Below are positions 1 through 8,053 of a stretch of DNA of 64,000 bases, in pieces; the first letter of the stretch is position 1; each line of letters begins with the position of its first letter. Under the pieces are notes generated by a model that was not told where the DNA came from, did not search any database, and saw nothing but the letters and a program-made list of their open reading frames with translations. This DNA comes from Spirochaetota bacterium (lineage in GTDB: Bacteria; Spirochaetota; UBA6919; CBDBPB01), in assembly GCA_965208615.1 (NCBI GenBank), contig CBDBPB010000007.1:160001-224000 (forward strand). Direction: 5' to 3'. The translations under genes were made by a program, and so were the position numbers.

Positions 1-24
1 AACGAGTTGGATTAGTCTTTTTAT

Positions 25-432
25 TTATTTACTGGATATTTTAACATCACCGAGTACAGTAAAGTCAATACTAGTTTTGTCATCAGCTGTTTTACCAAGA
101 TTATATCCGTCATTGCTAAAGCGAGCTTGTTTTATCTCGACTTTTCTACCTTGATCGTCTGTAGCAGTGATATCACAAATTAGATCAGACAGTGTACCGT
201 CAGTTGATCCTAGTTCTTCAGCAATAATAAGTTTTTCACTTTGTTCTAAAGATATTTTACCCTTATTACTTTCCACAGCACTCGCAGTACTAACCACTTT
301 ACCATTTCTAAAAGTGTTAGCCTCTTTTAGAGTTTTTGTCCACTCAAGACTTTCGATAGTTACAGTCTGTTTTCCGTTTATGAGTACATCGGTTTTATCT
401 AAATCAAACTTTTTATATATTTGTTCAGCCAT
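25..432 (-). CDS. Putative contractile tail tube protein
   Basis: 135 aa, beta-rich, directly downstream of the sheath-like gene; strong SD AAGGAGGT. Confidence 0.65.
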   Translation of the reverse strand: MAEQIYKKFDLDKTDVLINGKQTVTIESLEWTKTLKEANTFRNGKVVSTASAVESNKGKISLEQSEKLIIAEELGSTDGTLSDLICDITATDDQGRKVEIKQARFSNDGYNLGKTADDKTSIDFTVLGDVKISSK

Positions 433-443
433 AATTCACCTCC

Positions 444-1616
444 TTAACTAAGTTTTGGCATTGCATACATTGCATCAAATGTCATACTCTCAATATGACT
501 ATTTTCATAAAGCTTAAAAGTTCCCTCTAGCTTACCCTTTATGATAAGTTCAGCCAGGTCAGCCACTGTCGTATTAGGGTTGTCAATAGCAGGTATATCA
601 ATTTCATAACCATTAATCTCATCCCTACCCATCATACCGTCTAATGCAGTCTCCATTTTAAGCTTTAGATTTAGGATACCAGCTTTAGAACCAGCTACTA
701 ACTTTGAACTTCCCTGATTAGACCTCAAAAATGGGAATACTGCATTATGTATTACTCTTAATGCCTTATCCATAACCCGTCCTGAGCTAATCTTTCTGAA
801 ATCGCTTTTTGGCGGAGCCTTTAATAAACCAATACCAAAAAATGGATATTTACCAGCGGCTTCTCCATCTTCATAATAAAGACTGTTAAAGTTTTTATCA
901 GTAAGAGCACTGTGATTATCTCTTATAACGCTGTCCCAGTCTTCAATACTAATTACGTCGTCTTGAGGGAATGCACCTGTCCATCCAATACTCTCTTGTA
1001 CCTTAGCCCTGCTTAGCGTTGCAAGAGCATGATTAGCAACACTAGTAGTCTCATTTAGTGTTTTTGACTTAACATCTTGATAGAATAAGGCTATATTCTT
1101 ACTATCAAGGCCGGCAAGATCTTTTAGCTTATCAATATTATCTTTACTCTCCACTTTATCCACACTAGCAATAGCCCTAACCCAACGCTTAGATTGACGC
1201 ATTTCCTTTATTTTAGTGTCTAGGGTTTTAAAAAAACTAGTGTCTATCTTAGGAATACTGGAATCAATAATAGGGTCTACAATGTGTATTATCCTAACTT
1301 CCTTAGCACTTTCATCATCTTTAACGGCTTTCAATGCATTAATTAAACTACCAGTATTTAGTTCATTACCCTCTAACCTAACACAATATAAGGTTGACCC
1401 CCCTAATGCAAAGTGCAATAAACATGATTTGTGTAGTGAACTATCTTTTCCATAAAGCTTTTCTGCATAGGATGCAGAAGTAACTTTTTCAACTTTACTA
1501 GTAGTAGTGTCTCCATTGTTTGCAGTACCAATCTTAGCAAAGATATTATCAGCACCTGCCACTAATGAATTACGATCACTTTCTTTAACTACAAATTTAA
1601 TTTTACTATCACTCAT
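444..1616 (-). CDS. Phage tail sheath protein (DUF2586-like)
   Basis: C-terminal SDFRKISSGRVMDKALR and ETALDGM-GEINGYEIDIP motifs resemble DUF2586-type sheaths. ATG at 1616 has SD AAGGAGGT; the ORF track start at 1640 is the alternative. Confidence 0.75.
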   Translation of the reverse strand: MSDSKIKFVVKESDRNSLVAGADNIFAKIGTANNGDTTTSKVEKVTSASYAEKLYGKDSSLHKSCLLHFALGGSTLYCVRLEGNELNTGSLINALKAVKDDESAKEVRIIHIVDPIIDSSIPKIDTSFFKTLDTKIKEMRQSKRWVRAIASVDKVESKDNIDKLKDLAGLDSKNIALFYQDVKSKTLNETTSVANHALATLSRAKVQESIGWTGAFPQDDVISIEDWDSVIRDNHSALTDKNFNSLYYEDGEAAGKYPFFGIGLLKAPPKSDFRKISSGRVMDKALRVIHNAVFPFLRSNQGSSKLVAGSKAGILNLKLKMETALDGMMGRDEINGYEIDIPAIDNPNTTVADLAELIIKGKLEGTFKLYENSHIESMTFDAMYAMPKLS

Positions 1617-1665
1617 ACTTACCTCCTTTTGTTGAGTCATAATTAAACTTTAGATTTCTTTTCAT
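1609..1665 (-). CDS. 18-aa leader peptide overlapping the sheath start (MKRNLKFNYDSTKGGKYE)
   Basis: SD AGGAGG just upstream of the ATG at 1665; its stop TGA overlaps the sheath ATGAGTGA. Confidence 0.4.
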   Translation of the reverse strand: MKRNLKFNYDSTKGGKYE

Positions 1666-1738
1666 TTTTCCTCCTGTCCACAAAATGGACTATCTATTAT
1701 TATTTTTTTAAAACGAACATTATCTGTTTTAAAACCTT

Positions 1739-2389
1739 TTACGAACTATCTTTCTTTTCATCTTTCAGGACTATTTCAAGTTTTTCCACAAGATGTATTG
1801 TCTCTTTTTCGTATATCCCTGTTTTGATAGCAAAATCCAGGATAATTTCTGTATGGCTTTTTGGAACTTCATTAGCCTTATCAGGTCTTTTTGTGTAGTG
1901 GTGATAATATCCGTGGAAGTCCCTATTACGGGTTATCGATATTATATCATAGTACCTAACTGTGCCGCTTTCTCTTTTGTGATAGGTTTTATTGTCGTGT
2001 TTTCTTTCGTATCTTAGGGATGGCGTTATATTTTCAGTAATCCTGCCTATGGTATTAGGTTCACCATATCGGTTATATAGAGCGCTGAAAAGCTTGTATA
2101 GAATATCGTCGTAGTCCTTATCTTTATTTATAATCAGCCTCAGCCTTAGGTTGTATAGAACTTCTAAAACTTGCTTTTCTACAAACTGATATTTTTTATC
2201 ATCGTCAATATCTTCAATACTTATGGGTCTAGTTTTTTGTTTAACTTTGCCATAAACGTTTAGGAACTCGGCCAAAGGACTTTTGAGATTATCATTAGAC
2301 CAATTATCCTGTTCGTGATAAAAAACATTTGCGTCTGTAAAGCCTATTTTAGTTAGCTTTTCTTTGATTAACTTTTTAACAGCCTGCAT
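1739..2389 (-). CDS. Phage protein, probable tail completion/terminator
   Basis: 216 aa, SD AGGAG, first gene of the tail operon upstream of the sheath; function assigned from position. Confidence 0.45.
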   Translation of the reverse strand: MQAVKKLIKEKLTKIGFTDANVFYHEQDNWSNDNLKSPLAEFLNVYGKVKQKTRPISIEDIDDDKKYQFVEKQVLEVLYNLRLRLIINKDKDYDDILYKLFSALYNRYGEPNTIGRITENITPSLRYERKHDNKTYHKRESGTVRYYDIISITRNRDFHGYYHHYTKRPDKANEVPKSHTEIILDFAIKTGIYEKETIHLVEKLEIVLKDEKKDSS

Positions 2390-2410
2390 ATTTTACTCCT
2401 ATTACAAAAA

Positions 2411-2471
2411 AAGTTAATACCTAAACTCTATTAGGCAAGGACAGTTATGCTATATATGCTATTTGTGCTAC
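2411..2471 (-). promoter_or_regulatory. Tail operon promoter with triple 9-bp-pitch activator repeats
   Basis: On +: GGCAAG 2434-2439 and TGCTAT/TGCTAT/TGCTAC at 2448, 2457, 2466. On -: TTGCCT-N16-TAACTT. Same repeat layout as 7913-7974. Confidence 0.6.
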
Positions 2472-2703
2472 CTATCTGAAAAAAGTTAGGAAAAAGCTGG
2501 GTATTCCATGAAAAACCTTGACTGACACAATAATGCTGAGGGTTTGGATAAAAAAATATTTTTATTTTAGCCAGAAATTGTATACCGAGAATATAAAAAA
2601 ACTAATTATTAAACAATTGCTATCTAGTTTGGCTATATGATATTATCTTTTAAAAAGAGAAGTAACTAGTCAAATCCAGCAAGTTGAGATTACTGACGTT
2701 AAA

Positions 2704-2943
2704 ATGGAAAAGCTTAAAAATGAGATAACTGGTGCTGAATCAAGGCTGAGAGTGGAGTTAAAAGCAGTCGAAAATAAAATATTAGCTGTGGAAAATAAGC
2801 TTGACAGTAAAATATCAGATGTCGAAAATAGACTTGATAATAAGATTAGTAAACTGGAAGGCATGATGAAGGTTGTTATAACGATAACATCGGCTACAGC
2901 AATAGGAATTGTCATGCTAATGCTTAAGGATATTTTTAAATAG
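2704..2943 (+). CDS. Bdr/DUF1640-like coiled-coil membrane protein, copy 1 (5'-truncated or frameshifted)
   Basis: Homology to the other copies starts at 2651; the ATG at 2637 is out of frame by one T of a T4 run. Confidence 0.6.
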   Translation: MEKLKNEITGAESRLRVELKAVENKILAVENKLDSKISDVENRLDNKISKLEGMMKVVITITSATAIGIVMLMLKDIFK

Positions 2944-2980
2944 CCCGCTTGACAGTGCTATACCTCAAAAGGAGAGAAAT

Positions 2981-3301
2981 ATGATAACGGATGACCTAAG
3001 ACAGGAGATAAAAAGAGAAGTAACTAGTCAAATCCAGCAAGTTGAGATTACTGACGTTAAAATGGAAAAGCTTAAAAATGAGATAACTGGTGCTGAATCA
3101 AGGCTGAGAGTGGAGTTAAAAGCAGTCGAAAATAAAATATTAGCTGTGGAAAATAAGCTTGACAGTAAAATATCAGACGTGGAAAATAGACTTGATAATA
3201 AGATTAGTAAGCTGGAAGGCATGATGAAGGTTATTATAACGATAACATCGGCTACAGCAATAGGAATTGTCATGCTAATGCTTAAGGATATTTTTAAATA
3301 G
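2981..3301 (+). CDS. Bdr/DUF1640-like coiled-coil protein with C-terminal TM anchor, copy 2 (106 aa)
   Basis: SD AAGGAG; KISDVENRLD-type repeats; hydrophobic C-terminus VIITITSATAIGIVMLML. Confidence 0.85.
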   Translation: MITDDLRQEIKREVTSQIQQVEITDVKMEKLKNEITGAESRLRVELKAVENKILAVENKLDSKISDVENRLDNKISKLEGMMKVIITITSATAIGIVMLMLKDIFK

Positions 3302-3338
3302 CCCGCTTGACAGTGCTATACCTCAAAAGGAGAGAAAT

Positions 3339-3659
3339 ATGATAACGGATGACCTAAGACAGGAGATAAAAAGAGAAGTAACTAGTCAAATCCAGCAAGT
3401 TGAGATTACTGACGTTAAAATGGAAAAGCTTAAAAATGAGATAACTGGTGCTGAATCAAGGCTGAGAGTGGAGTTAAAAGCAGTCGAAAATAAAATATTA
3501 GCTGTGGAAAATAAGCTTGACAGTAAAATATCAGATGTCGAAAATAGACTTGATAATAAGATTAGTAAACTGGAAGGCATGATGAAGGTTGTTATAACGA
3601 TAACATCGGCTACAGCAATAGGAATTGTCATGTTAATGCTTAAGGATATTTTTAAATAG
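3339..3659 (+). CDS. Bdr/DUF1640-like protein, copy 3 (106 aa)
   Basis: Same architecture as copy 2. Confidence 0.85.
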   Translation: MITDDLRQEIKREVTSQIQQVEITDVKMEKLKNEITGAESRLRVELKAVENKILAVENKLDSKISDVENRLDNKISKLEGMMKVVITITSATAIGIVMLMLKDIFK

Positions 3660-3696
3660 CCCGTTTAGCAGTGCTATACCTCAAAAGGAGAGAAAT

Positions 3697-3963
3697 ATGA
3701 TAACGGATGACCTAAGACAGGAGATAAAAAGAGAAGTAACTAGTCAAATCCAGCAAGTTGAGATTACTGACGTTAAAATGGAAAAGCTTAAAAACGAGAT
3801 AACTGGTGCTGAATCGAGGCTGAGGCTGGAGTTAAAAGAAGTGGAAAATAGACTTGATAATAAGATTAGTAAACTGGAAGGTATGATGAAGGTTATTATA
3901 ACGATAACATCGGCTACAGCAATAGGAATTGTCATGTTAATGCTTAAGGATATTTTTAAATAG
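3697..3963 (+). CDS. Bdr/DUF1640-like protein, copy 4 (88 aa, shortest stalk)
   Basis: Same as copy 2 without the extra modules. Confidence 0.85.
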   Translation: MITDDLRQEIKREVTSQIQQVEITDVKMEKLKNEITGAESRLRLELKEVENRLDNKISKLEGMMKVIITITSATAIGIVMLMLKDIFK

Positions 3964-4000
3964 CCCGCTTAGCAGTGCTATACCTCAAAAGGAGAGAAAT

Positions 4001-4366
4001 ATGATAACGGATGACCTAAGACAGGAGATAAAAAGAGAAGTAACTAGTCAAATCCAGCAGTCTGAGATTACTGACGTTAAAATGGAAAAGCTTAAAAATG
4101 AGATAACTGGTGCTGAATCAAGGCTGAGAGTGGAGTTAAAAGCAGTCGAAAATAGACTTGATAATAAAATATCAGACGTGGAAAATAGACTTGACAGTAA
4201 AATATCAGACGTGGAAAATAAGCTTGATAATAAAATATCAGACGTGGAAAACAGGCTTGATAATAAGATTAGTAAGCTGGAAGGTATGATGAAGGTTATT
4301 ATAACGATAACATCGGCTACAGCAATAGGAATTGTCATGTTAATGCTTAAGGATATTTTTAAATAG
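4001..4366 (+). CDS. Bdr/DUF1640-like protein, copy 5 (121 aa)
   Basis: 88 aa plus 3x11 aa. Confidence 0.85.
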   Translation: MITDDLRQEIKREVTSQIQQSEITDVKMEKLKNEITGAESRLRVELKAVENRLDNKISDVENRLDSKISDVENKLDNKISDVENRLDNKISKLEGMMKVIITITSATAIGIVMLMLKDIFK

Positions 4367-4403
4367 CCCGCTTAGCAGTGCTATACCTCAAAAGGAGAGA
4401 AAT

Positions 4404-4757
4404 ATGATAACGGATGACCTAAGACAGGAGATAAAAAGAGAAGTAACTAGTCAAATCCAGCAAGTTGAGATTACTGACGTTAAAATGGAAAAGCTTAAAA
4501 ATGAGATAACTGGTGCTGAATCAAGGCTGAGAGTGGAGTTAAAAGCAGTCGAAAATAAAATATTAGCTGTGGAAAATAGACTTGACAGTAAAATATCAGA
4601 CGTGGAAAATAAGCTTGATAGTAAAATATCAGATGTCGAAAATAGACTTGATAATAAGATTAGTAAACTGGAAGGTATGATGAAGGTTATTATAACGATA
4701 ACATCGGCTACAGCAATAGGAATTGTCATGTTAATGCTTAAGGATATTTTTAAATAG
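4404..4757 (+). CDS. Bdr/DUF1640-like protein, copy 6 (117 aa)
   Basis: 88 aa plus 7 plus 2x11 aa. Confidence 0.85.
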   Translation: MITDDLRQEIKREVTSQIQQVEITDVKMEKLKNEITGAESRLRVELKAVENKILAVENRLDSKISDVENKLDSKISDVENRLDNKISKLEGMMKVIITITSATAIGIVMLMLKDIFK

Positions 4758-4794
4758 CCCGCTTGACAGTGCTATACCTCAAAAGGAGAGAAAT

Positions 4795-5193
4795 ATGATA
4801 ACGGATGACCTAAGACAGGAGATAAAAAGAGAAGTAACTAGTCAAATCCAGCAGTCTGAGATTACGGATGTTAAAATGGAAAAGCTTAAAAATGAGATAA
4901 CTGGTGCTGAATCGAGGCTGAGAGTGGAGTTAAAAGAAGTCGAAAATAGACTTGATAATAAAATATCAGATGTCGAAAATAAGCTTGGCAGTAAAATATC
5001 AGATGTCGAAAATAAGCTTGACAGTAAAATATCAGATGTCGAAAATAAGCTTGACAGTAAAATATCAGATGTCGAAAATAGACTTGATAATAAGATTAGT
5101 AAACTGGAAGGTATGATGAAGGTTATTATAACGATAACATCGGCTACAGCGATAGGAATTGTCATGCTAATGCTTAAGGATATTTTTAAATAG
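4795..5193 (+). CDS. Bdr/DUF1640-like protein, copy 7 (132 aa)
   Basis: 88 aa plus 4x11 aa. Confidence 0.85.
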   Translation: MITDDLRQEIKREVTSQIQQSEITDVKMEKLKNEITGAESRLRVELKEVENRLDNKISDVENKLGSKISDVENKLDSKISDVENKLDSKISDVENRLDNKISKLEGMMKVIITITSATAIGIVMLMLKDIFK

Positions 5194-5227
5194 TACTATG
5201 AGCCTGCATTAAACCTGTAAATACATA

Positions 5228-5740
5228 TTATAAACTATATCCAATGCCGACTAACCAATAAAAATCCCCTTTATGTTTATATATATACTCATATCCCCCT
5301 GTCAGGAAGAAGTTAAAGCTTTTCAAAGCCTTAAAAGGACTAATACGTACAGAGGCCTCTGTTCTAAGTTTGTCATTGCTTACTCCAAAATTAATGGACA
5401 TGCTTATCCATTTGTGAGCAAACTTTTTATTTCTTAACTTTTCGTATTCCTTTATCCAAAAGGTTTGCTTATCCAGACTGTTGTTTAGCTTAGTCCTTAC
5501 AGCAATAAGCTCATTAGTAATCTCTATACTCTGCTTTAGCAAAGCCTTATACCTTTTTCTGAGATTATAATTAACCTGCCTTAGCTCTATTATAACCCTA
5601 TTGGCATCCTCAAGTCCTTTATACAGGTCTATAGCGGCCTTTTTGTGATTGTTTTCATTATTTGCCTGTGCTATAGTGCTTATAACGCTCAAGGAGATTA
5701 TTAATATCCACTTTAGAGCGAACTTTTTTATTTTTCTCAA
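5228..5740 (-). CDS. Exported coiled-coil protein with C-terminal beta-strand anchor; candidate outer-membrane spanin subunit
   Basis: Signal peptide ending AQA, coiled coil, about 4 amphipathic strands ending VGIGYSL; last gene of the lysis cassette. Confidence 0.5.
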   Translation of the reverse strand: MRKIKKFALKWILIISLSVISTIAQANNENNHKKAAIDLYKGLEDANRVIIELRQVNYNLRKRYKALLKQSIEITNELIAVRTKLNNSLDKQTFWIKEYEKLRNKKFAHKWISMSINFGVSNDKLRTEASVRISPFKALKSFNFFLTGGYEYIYKHKGDFYWLVGIGYSL

Positions 5741-5939
5741 ACTCTATTTCCTCTTTTTTAAGTTCATTTAGCTTTATTTTAATGGTTTTGATTTTTGAGT
5801 TATTATCTTTTTTATTTTTTTTAATTTCTTTTTTTCTTTCTATAAGATTATGCCAATTTAACTGGCTGTTCTTGTTTACCATAAAGAAAATAGCAATAGC
5901 TATTATAATAGCTATTGCGATAATTATAAGTTTTTTCAT
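5658..5939 (-). CDS. N-terminal TM plus coiled coil; candidate inner-membrane spanin
   Basis: MKKLIIIAIAIIIAIAIFF anchor, Lys-rich helix; overlaps the next gene by 83 nt. Confidence 0.5.
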   Translation of the reverse strand: MKKLIIIAIAIIIAIAIFFMVNKNSQLNWHNLIERKKEIKKNKKDNNSKIKTIKIKLNELKKEEIEFEKNKKVRSKVDINNLLERYKHYSTGK

Positions 5940-5954
5940 TGTACTAGCCTATTG

Positions 5955-6062
5955 TTATCCAGCGTATAGTAATAGTACAGCTAAACAAATAGCACCTATG
6001 GTAAGGGCTATTATTTTCCAATGTTTAGCTAGTTGACCAAGTATTGTCTTGACGCTTGTCAT
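5955..6062 (-). CDS. 35-aa single-TM peptide (MTSVKTILGQLAKHWKIIALTIGAICLAVLLLYAG)
   Basis: Read manually; fills the gap in the operon; below the ORF-track size cutoff. Confidence 0.45.
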   Translation of the reverse strand: MTSVKTILGQLAKHWKIIALTIGAICLAVLLLYAG

Positions 6063-6318
6063 AGTTTTTACTCCTTAAATTAAAAGTTAGATTTTCTATA
6101 AAACTATCCTTATTCTTCATAGAGAATTTTCTTAGATAGAAGTCGAAAAACTCGAAAGAACCATCTTTATCCGCAGAAAAATATTTACTATTATTCTTCC
6201 AGACATCTTTTTCATGACCCCCGAATTCTGACCACTTTTTTATTAGAGTGTTCTTAGCTTTTTTGAGATTTTCATTGTACCACAAAAATTCACTTTTAAA
6301 GCTTAATTTTTTAGCCAT
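6025..6318 (-). CDS. Hypothetical phage protein
   Basis: SD GAGGT; abuts the upstream gene and shares a KKWxE...W helix motif with it. Confidence 0.6.
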   Translation of the reverse strand: MAKKLSFKSEFLWYNENLKKAKNTLIKKWSEFGGHEKDVWKNNSKYFSADKDGSFEFFDFYLRKFSMKNKDSFIENLTFNLRSKNYDKRQDNTWSTS

Positions 6319-6741
6319 TTATAACCACCTCATAGTTTTTCTATCCTTATATTTTAGTGATGACCCAGAAGTTAGACCAGTTGGTTTAACATTAGTTCCG
6401 AGTTTTGATGTATAAGCTGTCATAAAGTATGTTAAAAACAGCAAATACGTACTCACTGACCTACCGAGGGAGCTTTCCAGTTGTTTAGCTCTATCTTGCC
6501 AAGATTTCAGCTGTTCCTTAGTTATTTTAAGCTCATCCCATTTTTTAACTACGATAGAAAAGGCAATTTGGATGTTCTTATGCCTAATGTCGTTCATTTT
6601 AGTTTTGGTGTATTTTCTAATGTATACGTTACTTCTAAGGATAGAGTCGTCAACCATCTCTTTTTTAGTTTTTACGTATACGATATTCCCCACTCTACCG
6701 CTTATAGCAGAGACTGGGTAAGCTAATTGTATTTTAGCCAT
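6319..6741 (-). CDS. Basic hypothetical phage protein (ISGRVGNIVY motif, possibly DUF6266-like)
   Basis: SD AGGAGG; 140 aa; family assignment tentative. Confidence 0.6.
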   Translation of the reverse strand: MAKIQLAYPVSAISGRVGNIVYVKTKKEMVDDSILRSNVYIRKYTKTKMNDIRHKNIQIAFSIVVKKWDELKITKEQLKSWQDRAKQLESSLGRSVSTYLLFLTYFMTAYTSKLGTNVKPTGLTSGSSLKYKDRKTMRWL

Positions 6742-6919
6742 ATATATCCTCCTATATTTTTTTTAGAATAACCTTTTTATAAGGTTATTAAGATCCTTAT
6801 TTAATAAGGCAGTGTTAAGTTTTTTAGTCTTACTGGGATATCGTCTAATATATAGTTTATTTTTTCTATTTACTAGTACGAACTTTCTTATATCGTTTTT
6901 GTTGAATGCAAACTCTATA

Positions 6920-7132
6920 CTAGCCATTATTGCTGTCCCTATTATCTAAATAGCTGTTTAATCCGTTGTGAGCCACATTACCCACGATATAACTAGCGCC
7001 AATGACCTCCACAACATCCACCCAGTTATCGCTATTTATTATATTATTCATAAGCAGTATGGTAGCGGATATTATAATTATAATAGTTACAATGAACTTT
7101 CTGCTTATGATAGAGCCAATTTTTTTATTCAT
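6920..7132 (-). CDS. Putative holin
   Basis: 70 aa, SRKF motif followed by two hydrophobic segments; overlaps the endolysin stop. Confidence 0.65.
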   Translation of the reverse strand: MNKKIGSIISRKFIVTIIIIISATILLMNNIINSDNWVDVVEVIGASYIVGNVAHNGLNSYLDNRDSNNG

Positions 7133-7590
7133 AGATAATTATTAGGCATAATGCCTTCCCAGAGTTTATAAGACCTCTTATTTTTTATGGGATAGCTTAC
7201 CATTAAGACTTTCCCGCCATAATCTTTATAATTTCTGTCTATGTGGAACCAAGGAATGCCGTCTATTCTGCCATTCCACTCCATAATAACTCTAAAACCG
7301 TTATTGGTGCTGAATTGGAACCAGTTCATAGATAATTTATATAATTTTATATTGTCCTCATAGAATTGTATATCTATAGCCTTACCCAGCCCGTGCGACC
7401 CCTTATCCTTTGGCCTATAGGTGCTATTAATCCTAATAGGTTCTTTTATGTATGACCTCAATTTTTGTATTAGTTCCATAGTGTGTATGAGGTTTCTTTT
7501 AATTTTGCCTGGCAGTTCCAGCCAATTATACGGGCAGTCATCAAGATTAGGGTTAACTATTTCGTTTATGGTAAAGTTAGTCCAATTCAT
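7129..7590 (-). CDS. Endolysin, peptidase M15A family
   Basis: INSTYR, SHGLGKAIDI and WFHID Zn-peptidase motifs. Confidence 0.85.
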   Translation of the reverse strand: MNWTNFTINEIVNPNLDDCPYNWLELPGKIKRNLIHTMELIQKLRSYIKEPIRINSTYRPKDKGSHGLGKAIDIQFYEDNIKLYKLSMNWFQFSTNNGFRVIMEWNGRIDGIPWFHIDRNYKDYGGKVLMVSYPIKNKRSYKLWEGIMPNNYL

Positions 7591-7874
7591 TTAAGAGCCT
7601 CTTTTGCGAACCATGCAATAAGTGCTAAACAGCCGGTTAACAATCCCCCTAATACTATTTCCATAATGCGTTTCCCCGCAGTCCTTGTATTAGTAAGGGT
7701 ATTAAGAGCTATACTATGTTCGTCGAGTTTTTTAAGAATTTCGTTATCAGTTATTTTTTGCTCGTTTACAGCCAGTTTAACATATTGCAAATCTTTTTTA
7801 ATTTCAGTTTGTCCAATTTGTAATAGTTTTATATCTTTTTCAGCTTCTTTTAGCCTTTCTTCAGGATCAGTCAT
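7587..7874 (-). CDS. Coiled coil plus C-terminal TM protein (XhlA/holin-like)
   Basis: First gene of the lysis operon; 4-nt overlap with the endolysin start. Confidence 0.6.
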   Translation of the reverse strand: MTDPEERLKEAEKDIKLLQIGQTEIKKDLQYVKLAVNEQKITDNEILKKLDEHSIALNTLTNTRTAGKRIMEIVLGGLLTGCLALIAWFAKEALK

Positions 7875-7912
7875 TTTGGAACCTTTATTTTTAAATATTT
7901 TTTACTATTGCA

Positions 7913-7974
7913 AATATATGTTCAGAAAAGCAATACGGCAAGTCTAAGAATGCTATAACTGCTATAAATGCTAT
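7913..7974 (-). promoter_or_regulatory. Lysis operon promoter with triple 9-bp-pitch activator repeats
   Basis: On +: GGCAAG 7937-7942 and TGCTAT at 7951, 7960, 7969. On -: TTGCCG-N17-TATATT. Confidence 0.65.
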
Positions 7975-8053
7975 TAGTGTTATTCTTTTTTAAAAAAGCC
8001 ATTATTTTACGGAATAGCTATAAGATAACTATTGGCATTTCGTTAATTCATTT

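Larger units (their letters stand above)
2651..5193 (+). repeat. Head-to-tail tandem array of 7 near-identical gene units with 37-bp spacers and variable internal 21-bp and 33-bp modules
   Basis: Spacer cccgctt(gac/agc)agtgctatacctcaaaaggagagaaat occurs 6 times; coding parts are nearly identical. Confidence 0.97.

Noticed and set aside
2434-2450. GGCA...TGC as a sigma54 promoter (also at 7937)
   Set aside because: GG-to-GC spacing is 13 nt, not the required 10.
2670-5165. Antisense ORFs (MTIPIAVAD...) in every unit as toxin/antitoxin partners
   Set aside because: Shadow frames copied with the repeat; no SD; the + strand has the SD and a coherent architecture.
2651-5193. Array as CRISPR or integron cassette array
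   Set aside because: The units between the 37-bp spacers are near-identical ORFs, not unique spacers; no attC-like palindromes, cas or intI gene.
2651-5193. Diversity-generating retroelement
   Set aside because: No reverse transcriptase in the window; variation is modular indels and mixed SNPs, not adenine-specific.
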